A stretch of 64,000 nt of DNA from Nitrospirota bacterium (GCA_963749655.1 CAVVOB010000012.1:64001-128000), one strand, 5' to 3'. Shown: positions 33,980 through 45,179, counted from the stretch's first letter. Numbers and translations: made by a program. The notes: generated by a model from the sequence alone, not told the origin.

Positions 33980-36643
33980 ATGATCCGCAGCCGGATGAGG
34001 CTGTTTTTTACAGCCGTACTGTTCATTGTTCTTGCGTCCGCTCAGGCCTTTGCAGCGGAAAAGGATGTGCTGCGCGCGACGCTCGCGAACGGGCTCCGCG
34101 TCGTGATCGTGAAGAACACGCTCGCTCCCGTCGTGGCCACGGAGCTGAACTATCTCGCCGGGTCGAATGAAGCGCCCGAGGGCTTCCCCGGCATGGCCCA
34201 TGCGCAGGAACACATGATGTTCCGCGGCAGCCCCGGTCTCTCGGCGGACCAGCTTTCCAACATCATCGCGTTCATGGGCGGCGACTTCAACGCCGACACC
34301 CAGCAGACCGTGACCCAGTATTTCTTCACCGTGCCGAAGGAGGACCTCGACGTTGCCTTGAACCTGGAAGCGGTCCGCATGCGGGGCGTGCTCGACTCGC
34401 AGGAACTGTGGGAACAGGAGCGGGGGGCCATCGACCAGGAGGTTGCCCAGGACCTGTCGAGCCCCGATTATCTCTTTTCCATGCGCCTTCTCGCCGCGAT
34501 GTTCCCCGGCACTCCCTACGCCCACGACGCCCTGGGAACGCGGGAGTCCTTTCAGAAGACCACCGGCGCCGCGCTGAAGTCCTTTTACGATTCCTGGTAC
34601 GCGCCGAACAACGCCATCCTCGTCATTGTCGGCGATGTGGATCCGCAGAAGACGCTCGCCCGGGTGCGGGAGCTGTTCGAGCCCCTCCCGAGGAGGAGCC
34701 TTCCCGCGCGGCCAGCCGTGAATTTGCAGCCGCTCAAGCCGGCGTCCATCGAGATCGAAACCGACCAGCCCAACGGTCTTGCCGTTGCGGCCTTCCGCCT
34801 GCCCGGATATGAAAGCGCGGACTTCGCAGCAGGCATGATCCTGGCCGACGTGCTGGAGAGCAGGAGAGGCGACCTTTACGCTCTGGTGCCGGCAGGCAAG
34901 GCGCTCTTTACGGGATTCGACGGCGACGCGCTTCCGAAGGCCGGCTTCGGATACGCCCTCGCGGGGTTTCCGCGCGGCGCCGACGGCCGGGCTCTCGTGG
35001 ACCAGATCAAGAACGTCATCGCCGGCTATGTGAAGAACGGCATGCCCGCCGAGCTCGTGGAAGCGGCCAAGAGGCATGAGATCACCGATGCCGAGTTCCA
35101 GAGAAATTCGGTGTCCGGACTGGCCTCGGTATGGTCCCAGGCCCTGGCAGTCGAAGGCCGGGCGTCGCCTGACGACGACATCGACGCGATCAGAAAGGTG
35201 ACCGTCGCCGACGTGAACCGCGTGGCCCGGGAATACCTCAGGCTGGAAACCGCGGTCACGGCCGTTCTGACGCCGCAGCCCTCGGGAAAGGCCGTATCAG
35301 GCAAGGGGTTCGGCGGCAAGGAGTCCTTTTCCCCGGCCGAGACCACGGCGGTCGAGCTTCCTGCCTGGGCAAAGAACGCGGAGACGCTGCCGCCGGTGCC
35401 CGTCTCGAGAGTCACACCGGCCGTCTACACCCTGACCAACGGAATACGGCTGATCGTCCAGACCGAGAATATCAGCCCGACGGTCAGCGTCGCGGGCCAG
35501 GTGAAGAACAACAGCGACCTCGAAGAGCCGATCGGAAAGGAGGGCGTGTCGGACCTGCTGGGAGGGCTTTTTTCCTACGGCACGACCTCCCTGGACCGGC
35601 TTGCCTTCCAGAAGGCGCAGGACGACATCGGCGCTGAGATCTCCGCGGGAACGAGCTTCTCGCTCCGTGTCCTTTCGGACCGATTCGAGCGCGGCATGGA
35701 GTTGCTCGCCGACAACCTTTTCCACCCGGCGCTTCCTGAAAGCGCTTTTTCCGTGCTGCAGCACCAGACCGTGGGCTCGCTGCGGGGAGAGATCCAGAGC
35801 CCGGCGTATCTTACGCGCCAGACCCTGCGCGAGTCTCTCTATCCCAAGAACGATCCCGAGCTGCGCGATCCGACGCCCGAGTCCGTGAATACGCTCACGC
35901 TGGAGGACGTCAAAGCCTATTATGCAAAGGCGTTCCGGCCCGACATGACGACGATCGTGGTCGCGGGACAGGTGACGCCCGAGCGGGCGCGGAGCGTGGT
36001 CGAGAAATATTTCGGCTCATGGAAAGCCTCGGGACCGAAGCCGGATACTGACCCTCCTGCAGTGCCGCCCAACAAGCCCTCGTCGTCAATCGTTCCTGAC
36101 ACGAGCAGGGTCCAGGACGAGGTCACGCTGGCCCAGACCATCGGCCTGAACCGCTCCCATCCCGACTACTACAAGCTGCAGCTCGGCAACCACGTGCTGT
36201 CCGGGGCGTTCTACGCGAGCCGGCTGTACCGCGACTTGCGCGAGAAGGGCGGACTGGTCTACACGGTGGAGTCGTTCATCGACGCCGGGAAGACCCGTGC
36301 GCTCTTCGGGGTGTTCTACGCCTGCGATCCGCCCAACGTGACCCGGGCCCGAACGCTGGTGGAGAACAACCTTCGGATGATGCAGACGACGCCGGTGTCG
36401 CAGAACGAGCTGAAGCTTGCCAAGATGCTCCTTCTCCACCGGATACCGCTCTCCGAAGCGAGCGTTGACGAAGTTGCCGGCGGGCTGCTCTCGCGATCGC
36501 TCGAGGACCTGCCCCTCGACGAACCGGTCCGCGCCGCCAATATATACCTGCAGACAACGGCGGAGCAGGTGCGCGAGGCCTTTGCAAAATGGATCCGGCC
36601 TGCCGATTTCGTGCAGGTGACCACGGGGCCGCAGCCGGAGTGA
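33980..36643 (+). CDS. Exported M16 (pitrilysin-family) zinc peptidase
   Basis: Signal peptide, AHAQEHMMF (HxxEH), YAPNNA; two duplicated halves. Confidence 0.92.
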   Translation: MIRSRMRLFFTAVLFIVLASAQAFAAEKDVLRATLANGLRVVIVKNTLAPVVATELNYLAGSNEAPEGFPGMAHAQEHMMFRGSPGLSADQLSNIIAFMGGDFNADTQQTVTQYFFTVPKEDLDVALNLEAVRMRGVLDSQELWEQERGAIDQEVAQDLSSPDYLFSMRLLAAMFPGTPYAHDALGTRESFQKTTGAALKSFYDSWYAPNNAILVIVGDVDPQKTLARVRELFEPLPRRSLPARPAVNLQPLKPASIEIETDQPNGLAVAAFRLPGYESADFAAGMILADVLESRRGDLYALVPAGKALFTGFDGDALPKAGFGYALAGFPRGADGRALVDQIKNVIAGYVKNGMPAELVEAAKRHEITDAEFQRNSVSGLASVWSQALAVEGRASPDDDIDAIRKVTVADVNRVAREYLRLETAVTAVLTPQPSGKAVSGKGFGGKESFSPAETTAVELPAWAKNAETLPPVPVSRVTPAVYTLTNGIRLIVQTENISPTVSVAGQVKNNSDLEEPIGKEGVSDLLGGLFSYGTTSLDRLAFQKAQDDIGAEISAGTSFSLRVLSDRFERGMELLADNLFHPALPESAFSVLQHQTVGSLRGEIQSPAYLTRQTLRESLYPKNDPELRDPTPESVNTLTLEDVKAYYAKAFRPDMTTIVVAGQVTPERARSVVEKYFGSWKASGPKPDTDPPAVPPNKPSSSIVPDTSRVQDEVTLAQTIGLNRSHPDYYKLQLGNHVLSGAFYASRLYRDLREKGGLVYTVESFIDAGKTRALFGVFYACDPPNVTRARTLVENNLRMMQTTPVSQNELKLAKMLLLHRIPLSEASVDEVAGGLLSRSLEDLPLDEPVRAANIYLQTTAEQVREAFAKWIRPADFVQVTTGPQPE

Positions 36644-36670
36644 CGCCGGAAACAGGACTTGAACAAAGAG

Positions 36671-36977
36671 TAACCACAGATGAACACGGATGGACAGGGA
36701 TAAAGTCGAAGAGGATGGTCTCGAGAAAAGTCAGAAGATGTCATCCCGACCCCCTCGTGTCATTCCGAAGGAGCGGGGTGACTGCGGAATCTTGCCAGGG
36801 GGCAGTAGCAGCGACGGATTTTTAACTGACGGTGAGACCGAGTGAACGAATCAGGATTTCTCCTTCGCTCGAGATGACAGCCAGGGCCAGTATGACGAAT
36901 GGGCGATTCCCTCTTTTTCCGCCTGCATCAATGATACCTGCTCTTGATCTGTGTCAATCCGTGCTCATCTGTGGTTA
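36671..36977. repeat. Nested palindromic intergenic elements
   Basis: Outer arms taaccacagatgaacacggatggaca / tgtcaatccgtgctcatctgtggtta; inner GTCATTCC...GAGATGAC REP-like arms. Confidence 0.7.
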
Positions 36978-37174
36978 ATAGGGTTTCTTCGCCCCCTGTT
37001 ATAGATTGCCTCGAATTCCATTGTATTCCTTCAGTCGCATGACAGGAGTGCTAAAATAAAGAATGGAAGCGGCAAAAAGAGGCGGCGAGGATGCCTCTGC
37101 GCAGGTGCTTGAAAAATCGGACAATCCGAATCCCGATTGAACCCGCTCCTGCATCGGAAGGATCAGGGAAACCC

Positions 37175-39117
37175 ATGAAAAAGAACCTGACGCGAAAGAT
37201 CCTGGAAGCCCACCTGATGGAAGGCGAGCTGGTCCCGGGCCGTGAGATCGGCATCCGCATCGACCATACCCTGCTGCAGGACGCAACGGGAACGGTCGCC
37301 ATGCTCGAGTTCGAGGCCCTGGGCCTCGACCGGGTCAAGGTGGAGCTCGCGGCCCAGTACGTGGACCACAACCTGCTGCAGACCGACAACAAGAACGCCG
37401 ACGACCACAAGTTCCTGCAGACTGCGGCCGCCCGATACGGCATCCATTTCAGCAAGCCGGGAAACGGCGTTTCCCACCAGGTGCATATGGAGCGCTTCGG
37501 CGTCCCGGGCAAGACCTTCTCGGCGCGGACAGCCATACGCCGGGCGCAGCGGGCGTGTCCATGCTCGGCATCGGCGCCGGCGGGCTCGACGTGGCGCTGG
37601 CCATGGCGGGATATCCCTATCATCTCCCCTGCCCGAAGGTGCTCGGCGTGAAGCTCCTGGACAAGCTGCCGGACTGGGTGAGCGCGAAGGACGTGATCCT
37701 CGAGATGCTCCGCCGGTACGACGTCAAGGGCTGCGTCGGCAGGATCATCGAGTACTACGGGCCGGGCGTGCAACGCTTTCCGCGACGGACCGGGAGACCA
37801 TCGGCAACATGGGCACCGAGACCGGCGCGACGACGTCGATCTTCCCCTCCGACGAACGGACGCGGGAATATCTGATCGCCCAGGGGCGGGGAGATGCATG
37901 GGTACCCGCTTGCCGCTGATGAGGGCGCGGAATACGACGAATACGAGGAGATCGACCTTGCGAAGCTCGAACCGCTGATCGCAAAACCGACATCGCCGGG
38001 CAACGTGGTGCCGGTGCGGGAAGTTGCGGGAACAAAGGTGGATCAGGCCATTGTGGGAAGCAGCGTGAACTCCTCCTTCCGCGACCTGATGATCGCTGCG
38101 CGGATGCTCGAAAACAGGCGCGTCCATCCGAATACCTCTTTCCACGTGAATCCCGGAAGCAGGCAGGTGCTCGAGAACGTGTACAAGGCAGGCGGCATGC
38201 TGGCGTTCCTCACCTCCGGTGCGCGGGTGCACGAGCCGGGCTGCCAGGGCTGCATCGGCATGGGGCAGGCGCCGGGCACCGGCGAGGTGAGCCTGCGCAC
38301 CTTCCCGCGCAATTTTCCCGGCAGGTCAGGGACCAAGGACGACAAGGTCTACCTCTGCTCCCCGGAGACCGCCACGGCTGCCGCGCTCAAAGGGGTGATC
38401 ACCGATCCCCGCGATCTTGCCAAGGAGATGGCCTACCCCCGTATCGAAGACCCGAAAGAATACCTGATCGATGAGCGGTCGATCGTGTTTCCCTCCGACA
38501 ACCTCCGAAAGACGGAGATCGTCCGCGGCCCCAACATCAAACCGCTGCCGGAATTCGGCCCGCTGCCGGAGACGCTCAAGGCGCAGGTTGTGCTGAAGGT
38601 CGGCGACAACATCTCAACGGACGGCATCATGCCCGCGGGCAACCGGGTGCTGCCGTTCCGCTCGAATATCGAGGCGCTTTCGGAGTTCGTGTTCTCGCAG
38701 ATCGATCCCGACTTCGCGAAGGAATGCCGGGCGCTCGGCACTGTCGTGGTGGTCGGCGGCGAGAACTACGGCCAGGGATCGAGCCGCGAGCACGCGGCGC
38801 TGGCGCCGCGCCATCTCGGCGTGCGCGCCAAGATCGTGAAGAGCTTCGCCCGGATCCACAAGTCGAACCTCTGCAATTTCGGCATTCTCCCGCTCACCTT
38901 CAAGGACCCTGCGGACTACGAGAAGCTCCGGAAAGGGAGCGCGCTCCTGTTCCCGGAAATCAGAAAACGGATTGAACGGGGGGACCGGGAGATCCCGGTC
39001 GAGGTTGACGGCAGTACGATCACGACGATCCTGGATGTGTCCGGGCGCCAGCGGCGGCATCTGCTGGCAGGGAGTACGCTGAATGCAGTGAAGGAAGAAT
39101 TGATGGAGAAGGTATAA
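37175..39117 (+). CDS. acn: Aconitate hydratase; about three frameshifts
   Basis: LLQDATGT, YVDHN, GNGVSHQVH, GSSVNS, GCQGCIGMGQ, RNFPGRSG, ISTDGI.PAG, NYGQGSSREHAA. Confidence 0.92.
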
Positions 39118-39193
39118 TAATACAGAATACAGAAGACAGGAGACAGAAGTGAGAAGATAAGAGTAAAAGAGCAGAAGGAAAGAAGGCGTTAAT

Positions 39194-40417
39194 ATGGGTA
39201 CGGTAACGACAATAAAGCAGCCCGTAGGGACGGAAAAAGAGAGGTCGCAGATGACAAAGAACATCGGCCTGCGGGGCGTGACCGTGGCGGACACGCGGAT
39301 CTCGGACGTGGACGGCGAGAACGGGATCCTTATCTACCGGGGCTACCGGATCGAGGACCTTGCAAAATACTCGACCTTCGAGGAAACGGCCTATCTGCTC
39401 CTGAACGACGCGATGCCGAACGAGGAGCAGCTTGCGGATTTCAAAACAATGCTGGTCGAGGCGCGGGAGATGCCGTCGTTCGTCTACGAGAACATAAAAA
39501 AGCTGCCGAAGGCCGCTTCGCCGATGGACGTGCTCCAGGCGGCCGTCCCGCTCCTTGCCATGGCAGACCCGGAGCTTGCCGACGAATCGCGCAAGGCGAA
39601 CATCGCCAAGGCGGTGCGGCTCATCGCGCGCATCCCCATGATCGTGGCGGGATGGGACCGGATCAGAAGGGGCCATGATCCGCTGCCGGCCGATGAAACG
39701 CTGTCCCATGCAGGCAATTTTCTATGGCTTCTCAAGGGAACGGCGCCCGATGACGAGATGGCGCGTTATCTCGATACGGCGCTCGTGCTCCACGCCGACC
39801 ATTCGTTCAATGCGTCGACCTTCGCCTGCCGCGAAGTGGTATCGACGCGTGCGCACATGTATGCCGGCGTCGCCGCAGGCGTGGGCGCGCTGTCGGGCAG
39901 CCTGCACGGCGGGGCCAATGCGCAGGTAATGAAGATGCTGATCGCGCTCGAGGACGAGAAGGACGTGGCGGCATGGGTCCGCAGTCAGCTCGACAGCGGC
40001 AACAAGATCATGGGCATGGGGCATGCAGTGTACAAGACGACCGATCCCCGCGCAAAATATCTGAAGGACATGGGGAAGCGGCTGGGCGAGAAACTGGGTC
40101 AGGAACAGTGGCACCGCCTCTCGACGCAGATCGAGGAGACGGCCGTGGCCGAGTTCGCGAAAAGGGGCAAGACCACGATTAAGCCCAACGTCGATTTCTA
40201 CAGCGCCGCGGTCTATCACCTGATGGGCATTCCCCACGACCTGATGACCCCGGTGTTCGCGATCGCCCGGATCACGGGCTGGACCGCCCATATCATCGAA
40301 GAGAAGTTCGGCGACGCCCAGGGAAAGCCCGCGCTCTACCGGCCGTCGTCGGACTATGCAGGAAACTATTGCGGCAAGACCGGCTGCACCTACGAGCCGG
40401 TGGAGAAGAGGAAATAA
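39194..40417 (+). CDS. gltA: Citrate synthase
   Basis: GLRGV, LIYRGY, HADHSFNAST, LHGGAN, MGMGHAVYK..DPR, PNVDFY. Confidence 0.95.
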   Translation: MGTVTTIKQPVGTEKERSQMTKNIGLRGVTVADTRISDVDGENGILIYRGYRIEDLAKYSTFEETAYLLLNDAMPNEEQLADFKTMLVEAREMPSFVYENIKKLPKAASPMDVLQAAVPLLAMADPELADESRKANIAKAVRLIARIPMIVAGWDRIRRGHDPLPADETLSHAGNFLWLLKGTAPDDEMARYLDTALVLHADHSFNASTFACREVVSTRAHMYAGVAAGVGALSGSLHGGANAQVMKMLIALEDEKDVAAWVRSQLDSGNKIMGMGHAVYKTTDPRAKYLKDMGKRLGEKLGQEQWHRLSTQIEETAVAEFAKRGKTTIKPNVDFYSAAVYHLMGIPHDLMTPVFAIARITGWTAHIIEEKFGDAQGKPALYRPSSDYAGNYCGKTGCTYEPVEKRK

Positions 40418-40567
40418 CAAAATTGCGAATTGCGAATTTCGGATTTATTTTATTTAGAAGGGACTTGATCCCGGCTTAGCAGTAATGACAACAGGTCTGG
40501 TAAGACGTGCAGAATATTGAATTTTTATTCCGCAATTCCGCAATTCTTAATTGAAAGAGGAGGACGC

Positions 40568-42076
40568 ATGGCGCTCAGGAAGACGAAGAAGGCAGAGAGG
40601 AAAGTCACGAAGAAAACATCAGTCCGCGCAACGAGCAAACGGGCGTCCTCTGCGAAGAAGCAGGGGGTGAAGACCATGAAATCCAGCACAGTGAAAAAAA
40701 CACTAAAACCGGCGATGATCCGGTCCATCAATCCCTATACCGAAGAGGTTATGAAAGAATACGCGCCGATGCGGAGCCAGGAGGTCGACTGGCAGGTGGC
40801 CGCATCGCGCACGGCATTCGAGTCGTGGCGCGACGTGCCGGTGACGAACCGGACGGCGCTCCTGAAGAACCTGGCGAATGTGCTGCGGACGGAAAAGCGC
40901 AATTATGCAGAGCTCATCACGAAGGAGATGGGGAAACCCATCAAGGAGTCGCTTGCGGAGGTCGAGAAATGCGCCTGGCTGTCGGACTATTACGCCGAGA
41001 ACGCAGCCTCCTTCCTGAAGCCCGAGGACATCAAGACCGAGGCGAAAAAGAGCTATGTCATGTTCCAGCCGCTCGGCATCGTTCTCGCCATCATGCCCTG
41101 GAACTTCCCCTTCTGGCAGGCCTTCCGTTTCGGCGTGCCGTCCGTGGCCGCGGGAAATGTGGTTCTCCTGAAGCACGCTTCCAACGTGCCGATGACGGCC
41201 CTGGCCATAGAAGAGTCGTTCCGCAAGGCGGGGTTCCCGGACAACGTGTTCAGGACCCTGCTCATCGACTCGAAAGAGGCGCTCCGGCTTATCGATGAGG
41301 ATCGGGTGGACGCGGTCTCGCTCACCGGCAGCAACCAGGCCGGTGAAGAGGTCGGCGCTCATGCGGGAAGGAAAATCAAGAGGGTCGTGCTCGAACTGGG
41401 CGGCTCGGACCCCTACGTCGTGCTTGACGACGCGGACGTGCCCAAGGCGGCCCGGACGGCTGCGAATGCGCGCATGCTCAACGCGGGGCAGAGCTGCATC
41501 GCGGCAAAGCGGTTCATCGTCATGGAGGGCGCGGTCGAGGAGTTCACGAAGCACTTCATGGCTCGGCTCAAGGAGCTCAAGATAGGCGATCCGATGAACG
41601 AGAGCACCGACGTGGGCCCGGTCTCGAAAGGCGAGATCCTGCAGTCGCTCAAAGACCAGCTCCGCGACGCCCAGGCCAAGGGCGCCAAGGTGCTGTCCGT
41701 GGACAAGACCTTCACCAAGGGGCTCTTCTTCGCGCCCTGCGCGGTGGTGAATCCCAAGGAGAACATGAAGATCATGACCGAGGAGGTCTTCGGCCCCATT
41801 GCGCCGATCATCACGGTGAAGAGCGAGAATGAGGCGATCAGGGTCGCGAACAACACCGAGTTCGGACTCGGGGCGTCGGTCTGGAGCAGGAATATCGACC
41901 GCGCCGAGCGCGTTGCCGGCCGGATCGAGAGCGGGACCGTCGCGATCAACGACATGGTGAAGTCCGATCCGCGGCTGCCCTTCGGCGGCATCAAGAAGTC
42001 CGGCATCGGCAGGGAGCTGTCCCACTTCGGCCTCAGGGAGTTCGTGAACGTTAAGACCATTGTGGTGAGAGAGTAA
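40568..42076 (+). CDS. NAD(P)-dependent succinate-semialdehyde dehydrogenase (GabD1/Sad-like); alternative starts 40676 or 40715
   Basis: SINP, IMPWNFPFWQ, LLKHASN, LTGS, LELGGSDP, GQSCIAAKR, EEVFGP, PFGGIKKSG.GRELS. Confidence 0.9.
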   Translation: MALRKTKKAERKVTKKTSVRATSKRASSAKKQGVKTMKSSTVKKTLKPAMIRSINPYTEEVMKEYAPMRSQEVDWQVAASRTAFESWRDVPVTNRTALLKNLANVLRTEKRNYAELITKEMGKPIKESLAEVEKCAWLSDYYAENAASFLKPEDIKTEAKKSYVMFQPLGIVLAIMPWNFPFWQAFRFGVPSVAAGNVVLLKHASNVPMTALAIEESFRKAGFPDNVFRTLLIDSKEALRLIDEDRVDAVSLTGSNQAGEEVGAHAGRKIKRVVLELGGSDPYVVLDDADVPKAARTAANARMLNAGQSCIAAKRFIVMEGAVEEFTKHFMARLKELKIGDPMNESTDVGPVSKGEILQSLKDQLRDAQAKGAKVLSVDKTFTKGLFFAPCAVVNPKENMKIMTEEVFGPIAPIITVKSENEAIRVANNTEFGLGASVWSRNIDRAERVAGRIESGTVAINDMVKSDPRLPFGGIKKSGIGRELSHFGLREFVNVKTIVVRE

Positions 42077-42415
42077 CAATCAAAATCATTCGCAACCACG
42101 GATCGGAACACAGATGAACACGGATAGAATGCCGGTTACATACAGAAGGCGGATTCTGATATGATAGGGCAGGCATCGGGTCCGCTTTGACATTGTGCAT
42201 GAGGACAGGAAAGACAGTAATGCGGAACTGCGAAGCCTTCAGAAGGTACGCAAGATTTGAAGGCATACTCCAAGCATCAAGTAGCAAATAGTTCCGAGTC
42301 TTAATGTTCAATCGTGGAACCTTGCGTCATTAGCGGTTCGGTTGCTTGATTTGATATTTGATGCTTGTGTCTCTGACATTTGCCGTTAATGGTTTTCCCG
42401 GAAAGGCTATCGTCC

Positions 42416-44050
42416 ATGAAAGCATCCGACCTGTTTGTGCGACAGCTTGAGGAAGAAGGGGTGGAATATATCTTCGGCCTGCCGGGCGAGGAGAACCTCG
42501 ACTTTCTCGAATCGCTGCGCACATCGAAGATCAAGCTCGTCGTCACGCGCCACGAACAGACAGCAGCGTTCATGGCCGCCACCTACGGCCGCCTGACCGG
42601 CAAGGCGGGGGTGTGCTTTTCCACTCTCGGCCCGGGGGCGACGAACCTCGTGACGGGCGTTGCCCACGCGCAGCTTATCGGCGCGCCGTTCGTGTCCATC
42701 TCCGGCCAGAAAGCGGTGCGCGAGAACCGCCAGGCAAGGTTCCAGCTCATCGATGTCGTGAGCATGATGCGGCCCCTGACCAAGGATGCGGTTTCGATCA
42801 TCGATCCCGGCATGATCCCGACGGTCCTGCGGAACGCCTTCAAGCTCGCCCAGGCCGAGCGGCCCGGCGCCGTGCATGTCGAGCTGCCCGAGGATGTGGC
42901 AGCCAGCGAAACCGACGCTGTCGTGCAGAGACGCGGTCTGGTGCGGCGGCCGGTCCCTGACGGCAAGGCGCTCATGCGGGCCGCGGACCTGATCAACAAG
43001 GCGCGGCAGCCCCTGATCATCCTGTCGTCGGGCGCAAACCGGAACCTGATCACGCGGGAGCTCATGCAGTTTATCGATAAGACCGGCCTGTACGCCGTGC
43101 ATACCCAGATGGGAAAGGGCGTATTGTCCGACGCTTCCGCATACAGCCTCTTTGCTACAGGCATCCACAAGAAGGACTACGTCAACTGCGGCATCGACAA
43201 GGCCGACATGATCATCACGATCGGCTACAACATCGTCGAATACCCGCCCTATGTCTGGAACCGGAACCTCGACAAGAAGATCATCAATATCGATTTTTCC
43301 GAAGCAGAAGCGGACAAATACTATAACCCGGACATCGAGGTGATCGGCGACATCGCCTGCACGCTCCGTCAGCTCGGCGAACTCGTCAAGGACAGAAAAG
43401 GCGACCCCACGTTCAAGGCGGTTCGGGAGTTTCTGGACCGCAAACTCTCGCTTGATTTCCCGAAACAGTATCCGCCCACGCCCCAAGCGGTCGTTTCGTC
43501 CGTGCGCGAAGTCCTGGCGCACGAGGACATTCTCACACTCGACAACGGCATCTACAAGCTGTGGTTCTCCCGTCTCTACCGCACCTATCGCCCCAACACG
43601 TTCCTGCTGGACAACGCGCTGGCCACCATGGGCGCGGGGTTTCCGGCAGGCCTCATGGCCAAGATGCTCAGGCCCGACCGGAAGGTGCTGGCCGTGGTCG
43701 GCGACGGCGGCTTCATGATGAATTCCCGCGAGCTCGAGACGGCGATGCGGTACAACGTCCCCCTCGTGGTGCTGGTGCTGAACGACAACGCTTTCGGGTT
43801 CATCAAATGGGAACAGCAGGCAAAGGGCTTCCCGAGCTTCGGGCTCGATTACAGGAATCCGGATTTCGTGAAGTACGCCGAGAGCTTCGGAGCAGCAGGG
43901 CTGCGGGTCGGGAAGGGGGACGATCTCGCGGCAGTGCTCAAACAGGCTTTCTCCCTGAAGCGTGTGGCCCTGGTGGAATGCCCCATTGATTATTCCACCA
44001 ATTTTGAAACCTTCTCCAGGGAACTTGTCGGACCGCTCTGCGAGAGTTGA
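42416..44050 (+). CDS. ThDP-dependent acetolactate-synthase-like enzyme; candidate 2-oxoglutarate decarboxylase
   Basis: FGLPGEENL, RHEQ, TLGPGATN, LLDNALATMGAG, GDGGFMMN..LNDN; no ilvN adjacent. Confidence 0.85.
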   Translation: MKASDLFVRQLEEEGVEYIFGLPGEENLDFLESLRTSKIKLVVTRHEQTAAFMAATYGRLTGKAGVCFSTLGPGATNLVTGVAHAQLIGAPFVSISGQKAVRENRQARFQLIDVVSMMRPLTKDAVSIIDPGMIPTVLRNAFKLAQAERPGAVHVELPEDVAASETDAVVQRRGLVRRPVPDGKALMRAADLINKARQPLIILSSGANRNLITRELMQFIDKTGLYAVHTQMGKGVLSDASAYSLFATGIHKKDYVNCGIDKADMIITIGYNIVEYPPYVWNRNLDKKIINIDFSEAEADKYYNPDIEVIGDIACTLRQLGELVKDRKGDPTFKAVREFLDRKLSLDFPKQYPPTPQAVVSSVREVLAHEDILTLDNGIYKLWFSRLYRTYRPNTFLLDNALATMGAGFPAGLMAKMLRPDRKVLAVVGDGGFMMNSRELETAMRYNVPLVVLVLNDNAFGFIKWEQQAKGFPSFGLDYRNPDFVKYAESFGAAGLRVGKGDDLAAVLKQAFSLKRVALVECPIDYSTNFETFSRELVGPLCES

Positions 44051-44117
44051 GCAGCATAACAACAACCCCTCAAGCTCGTTGCATCCTTACGCTCTATATA
44101 AGGAACATTCCATACAG

Positions 44118-44564
44118 TCACGACAAATATTCAGGGACAATCGCTTCGCCCCGCTTTACCTGCTCCCGCACTTTCTGACTGATTTTGCGATTATCTTTTC
44201 TGATGAGTTCGACCAGACGAATGATACGTTTGGCCTCTGATCGGTCGTCGTACTTAGAGCTCCATAATACCATTTCAAAGATCAAAGGAATAAGGTCTAG
44301 ACCCTTTTCAGTCAGGGAATAGGTGTCTTTCCTTCCATCTTCATGCGTCTCACGCTGAAGAATACCTTCCTCAACAAGGTGCTCCAAACGTGAAGTCAGA
44401 ATGTTGGTCGCAAATCCCTCTTCTGATTTGAGGAACTCTCCAAAAGTCCGTTTCCCTCGAAAAACAATGTCTCGAAGGATCAGCAGCGCCCAACGGTCGC
44501 CAAAAGCCTCAAGACCAAAGTTGACAGGGCAGTGTGATCGAAGCTTTTTCTTTTCCTTTTTCAT
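44118..44564 (-). CDS. HxlR-family winged-helix transcriptional regulator
   Basis: RSHCPV..LE.FGDRWALLILRD, ILTSRL, YSLTEKG.DL.P. Confidence 0.92.
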   Translation of the reverse strand: MKKEKKKLRSHCPVNFGLEAFGDRWALLILRDIVFRGKRTFGEFLKSEEGFATNILTSRLEHLVEEGILQRETHEDGRKDTYSLTEKGLDLIPLIFEMVLWSSKYDDRSEAKRIIRLVELIRKDNRKISQKVREQVKRGEAIVPEYLS

Positions 44565-44589
44565 AGGCTGATTATAGTATAACAGAGTC

Positions 44590-44606
44590 ACTTGCAATTT
44601 GCAAGT
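44590..44606. promoter_or_regulatory. Palindromic operator between the divergent hxlR-like and SRPBCC genes
   Basis: acttgcaa-t-ttgcaagt perfect inverted repeat. Confidence 0.6.
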
Positions 44607-44715
44607 AAAAGTGCTAGGCTATTTTATAGCTGATACAAACAAAAAGTCCGGTTACGCCGTCATTGCGGACGCCGCTTCATCGCCCTACTCCCCGCAGTGA
44701 CGCAAGGAGGTTACC

Positions 44716-45179
44716 ATGGTAGACATTATTCATCGTATCGGGATCAAGTCCCCTGCAGCTCAAGTCTATAAAGCCTTAACATCCCTGGAAGGTCTGGCCC
44801 ACTGGTGGACCGAGGAAGTTCAAGGTGATGGACAGGATCGGAGGAAAGATCGAATTCCGCTTTCGATTGACGAAGACAGGCGAACTCATAGGCAAAATGG
44901 TTATGGAAGTGCAGGAGCTCAACACTCACAAAGAGGTTCGATGGCGCTGCATAGACGGGCCTGCTGAATGGATTGGAACCGACATCACCTTCCAGACTGT
45001 CACAGAAGGACGGCCAAACTATTGTCCTCTTCGGCCACAGAAACTGGCGTGAGGCAGTTGAGTTCACCTATCACTGCAGTATGAAGTGGGCAACATTCCT
45101 TTTAAGCCTTCGTGAGTATGTAGAAACAGGAAAAGGGAAGCCCTCACCGGGTGATCTGAAAATCGATAACTGGAATTAA
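44716..45179 (+). CDS. SRPBCC/AHSA1-like domain protein; two frameshifts
   Basis: DIIHRIGIK..VYKAL...GLAHWWT, VRWRC..GPAEWIGT, FGHRNW, CSMKWATFLLSL..YVETGKG.P. Confidence 0.85.

Noticed and set aside
31888-34026. Long antisense ORFs (712 aa here; others at 4646, 6705, 21097, 27303, 40703, 42407, 46725)
   Set aside because: Shadow ORFs opposite well-supported genes in high-GC DNA, with no recognisable motifs.
42416-44050. Calling the ThDP enzyme ilvB
   Set aside because: No regulatory small subunit or ilv genes adjacent; the PGEENL-type sequence and SSADH linkage point to a different subfamily.
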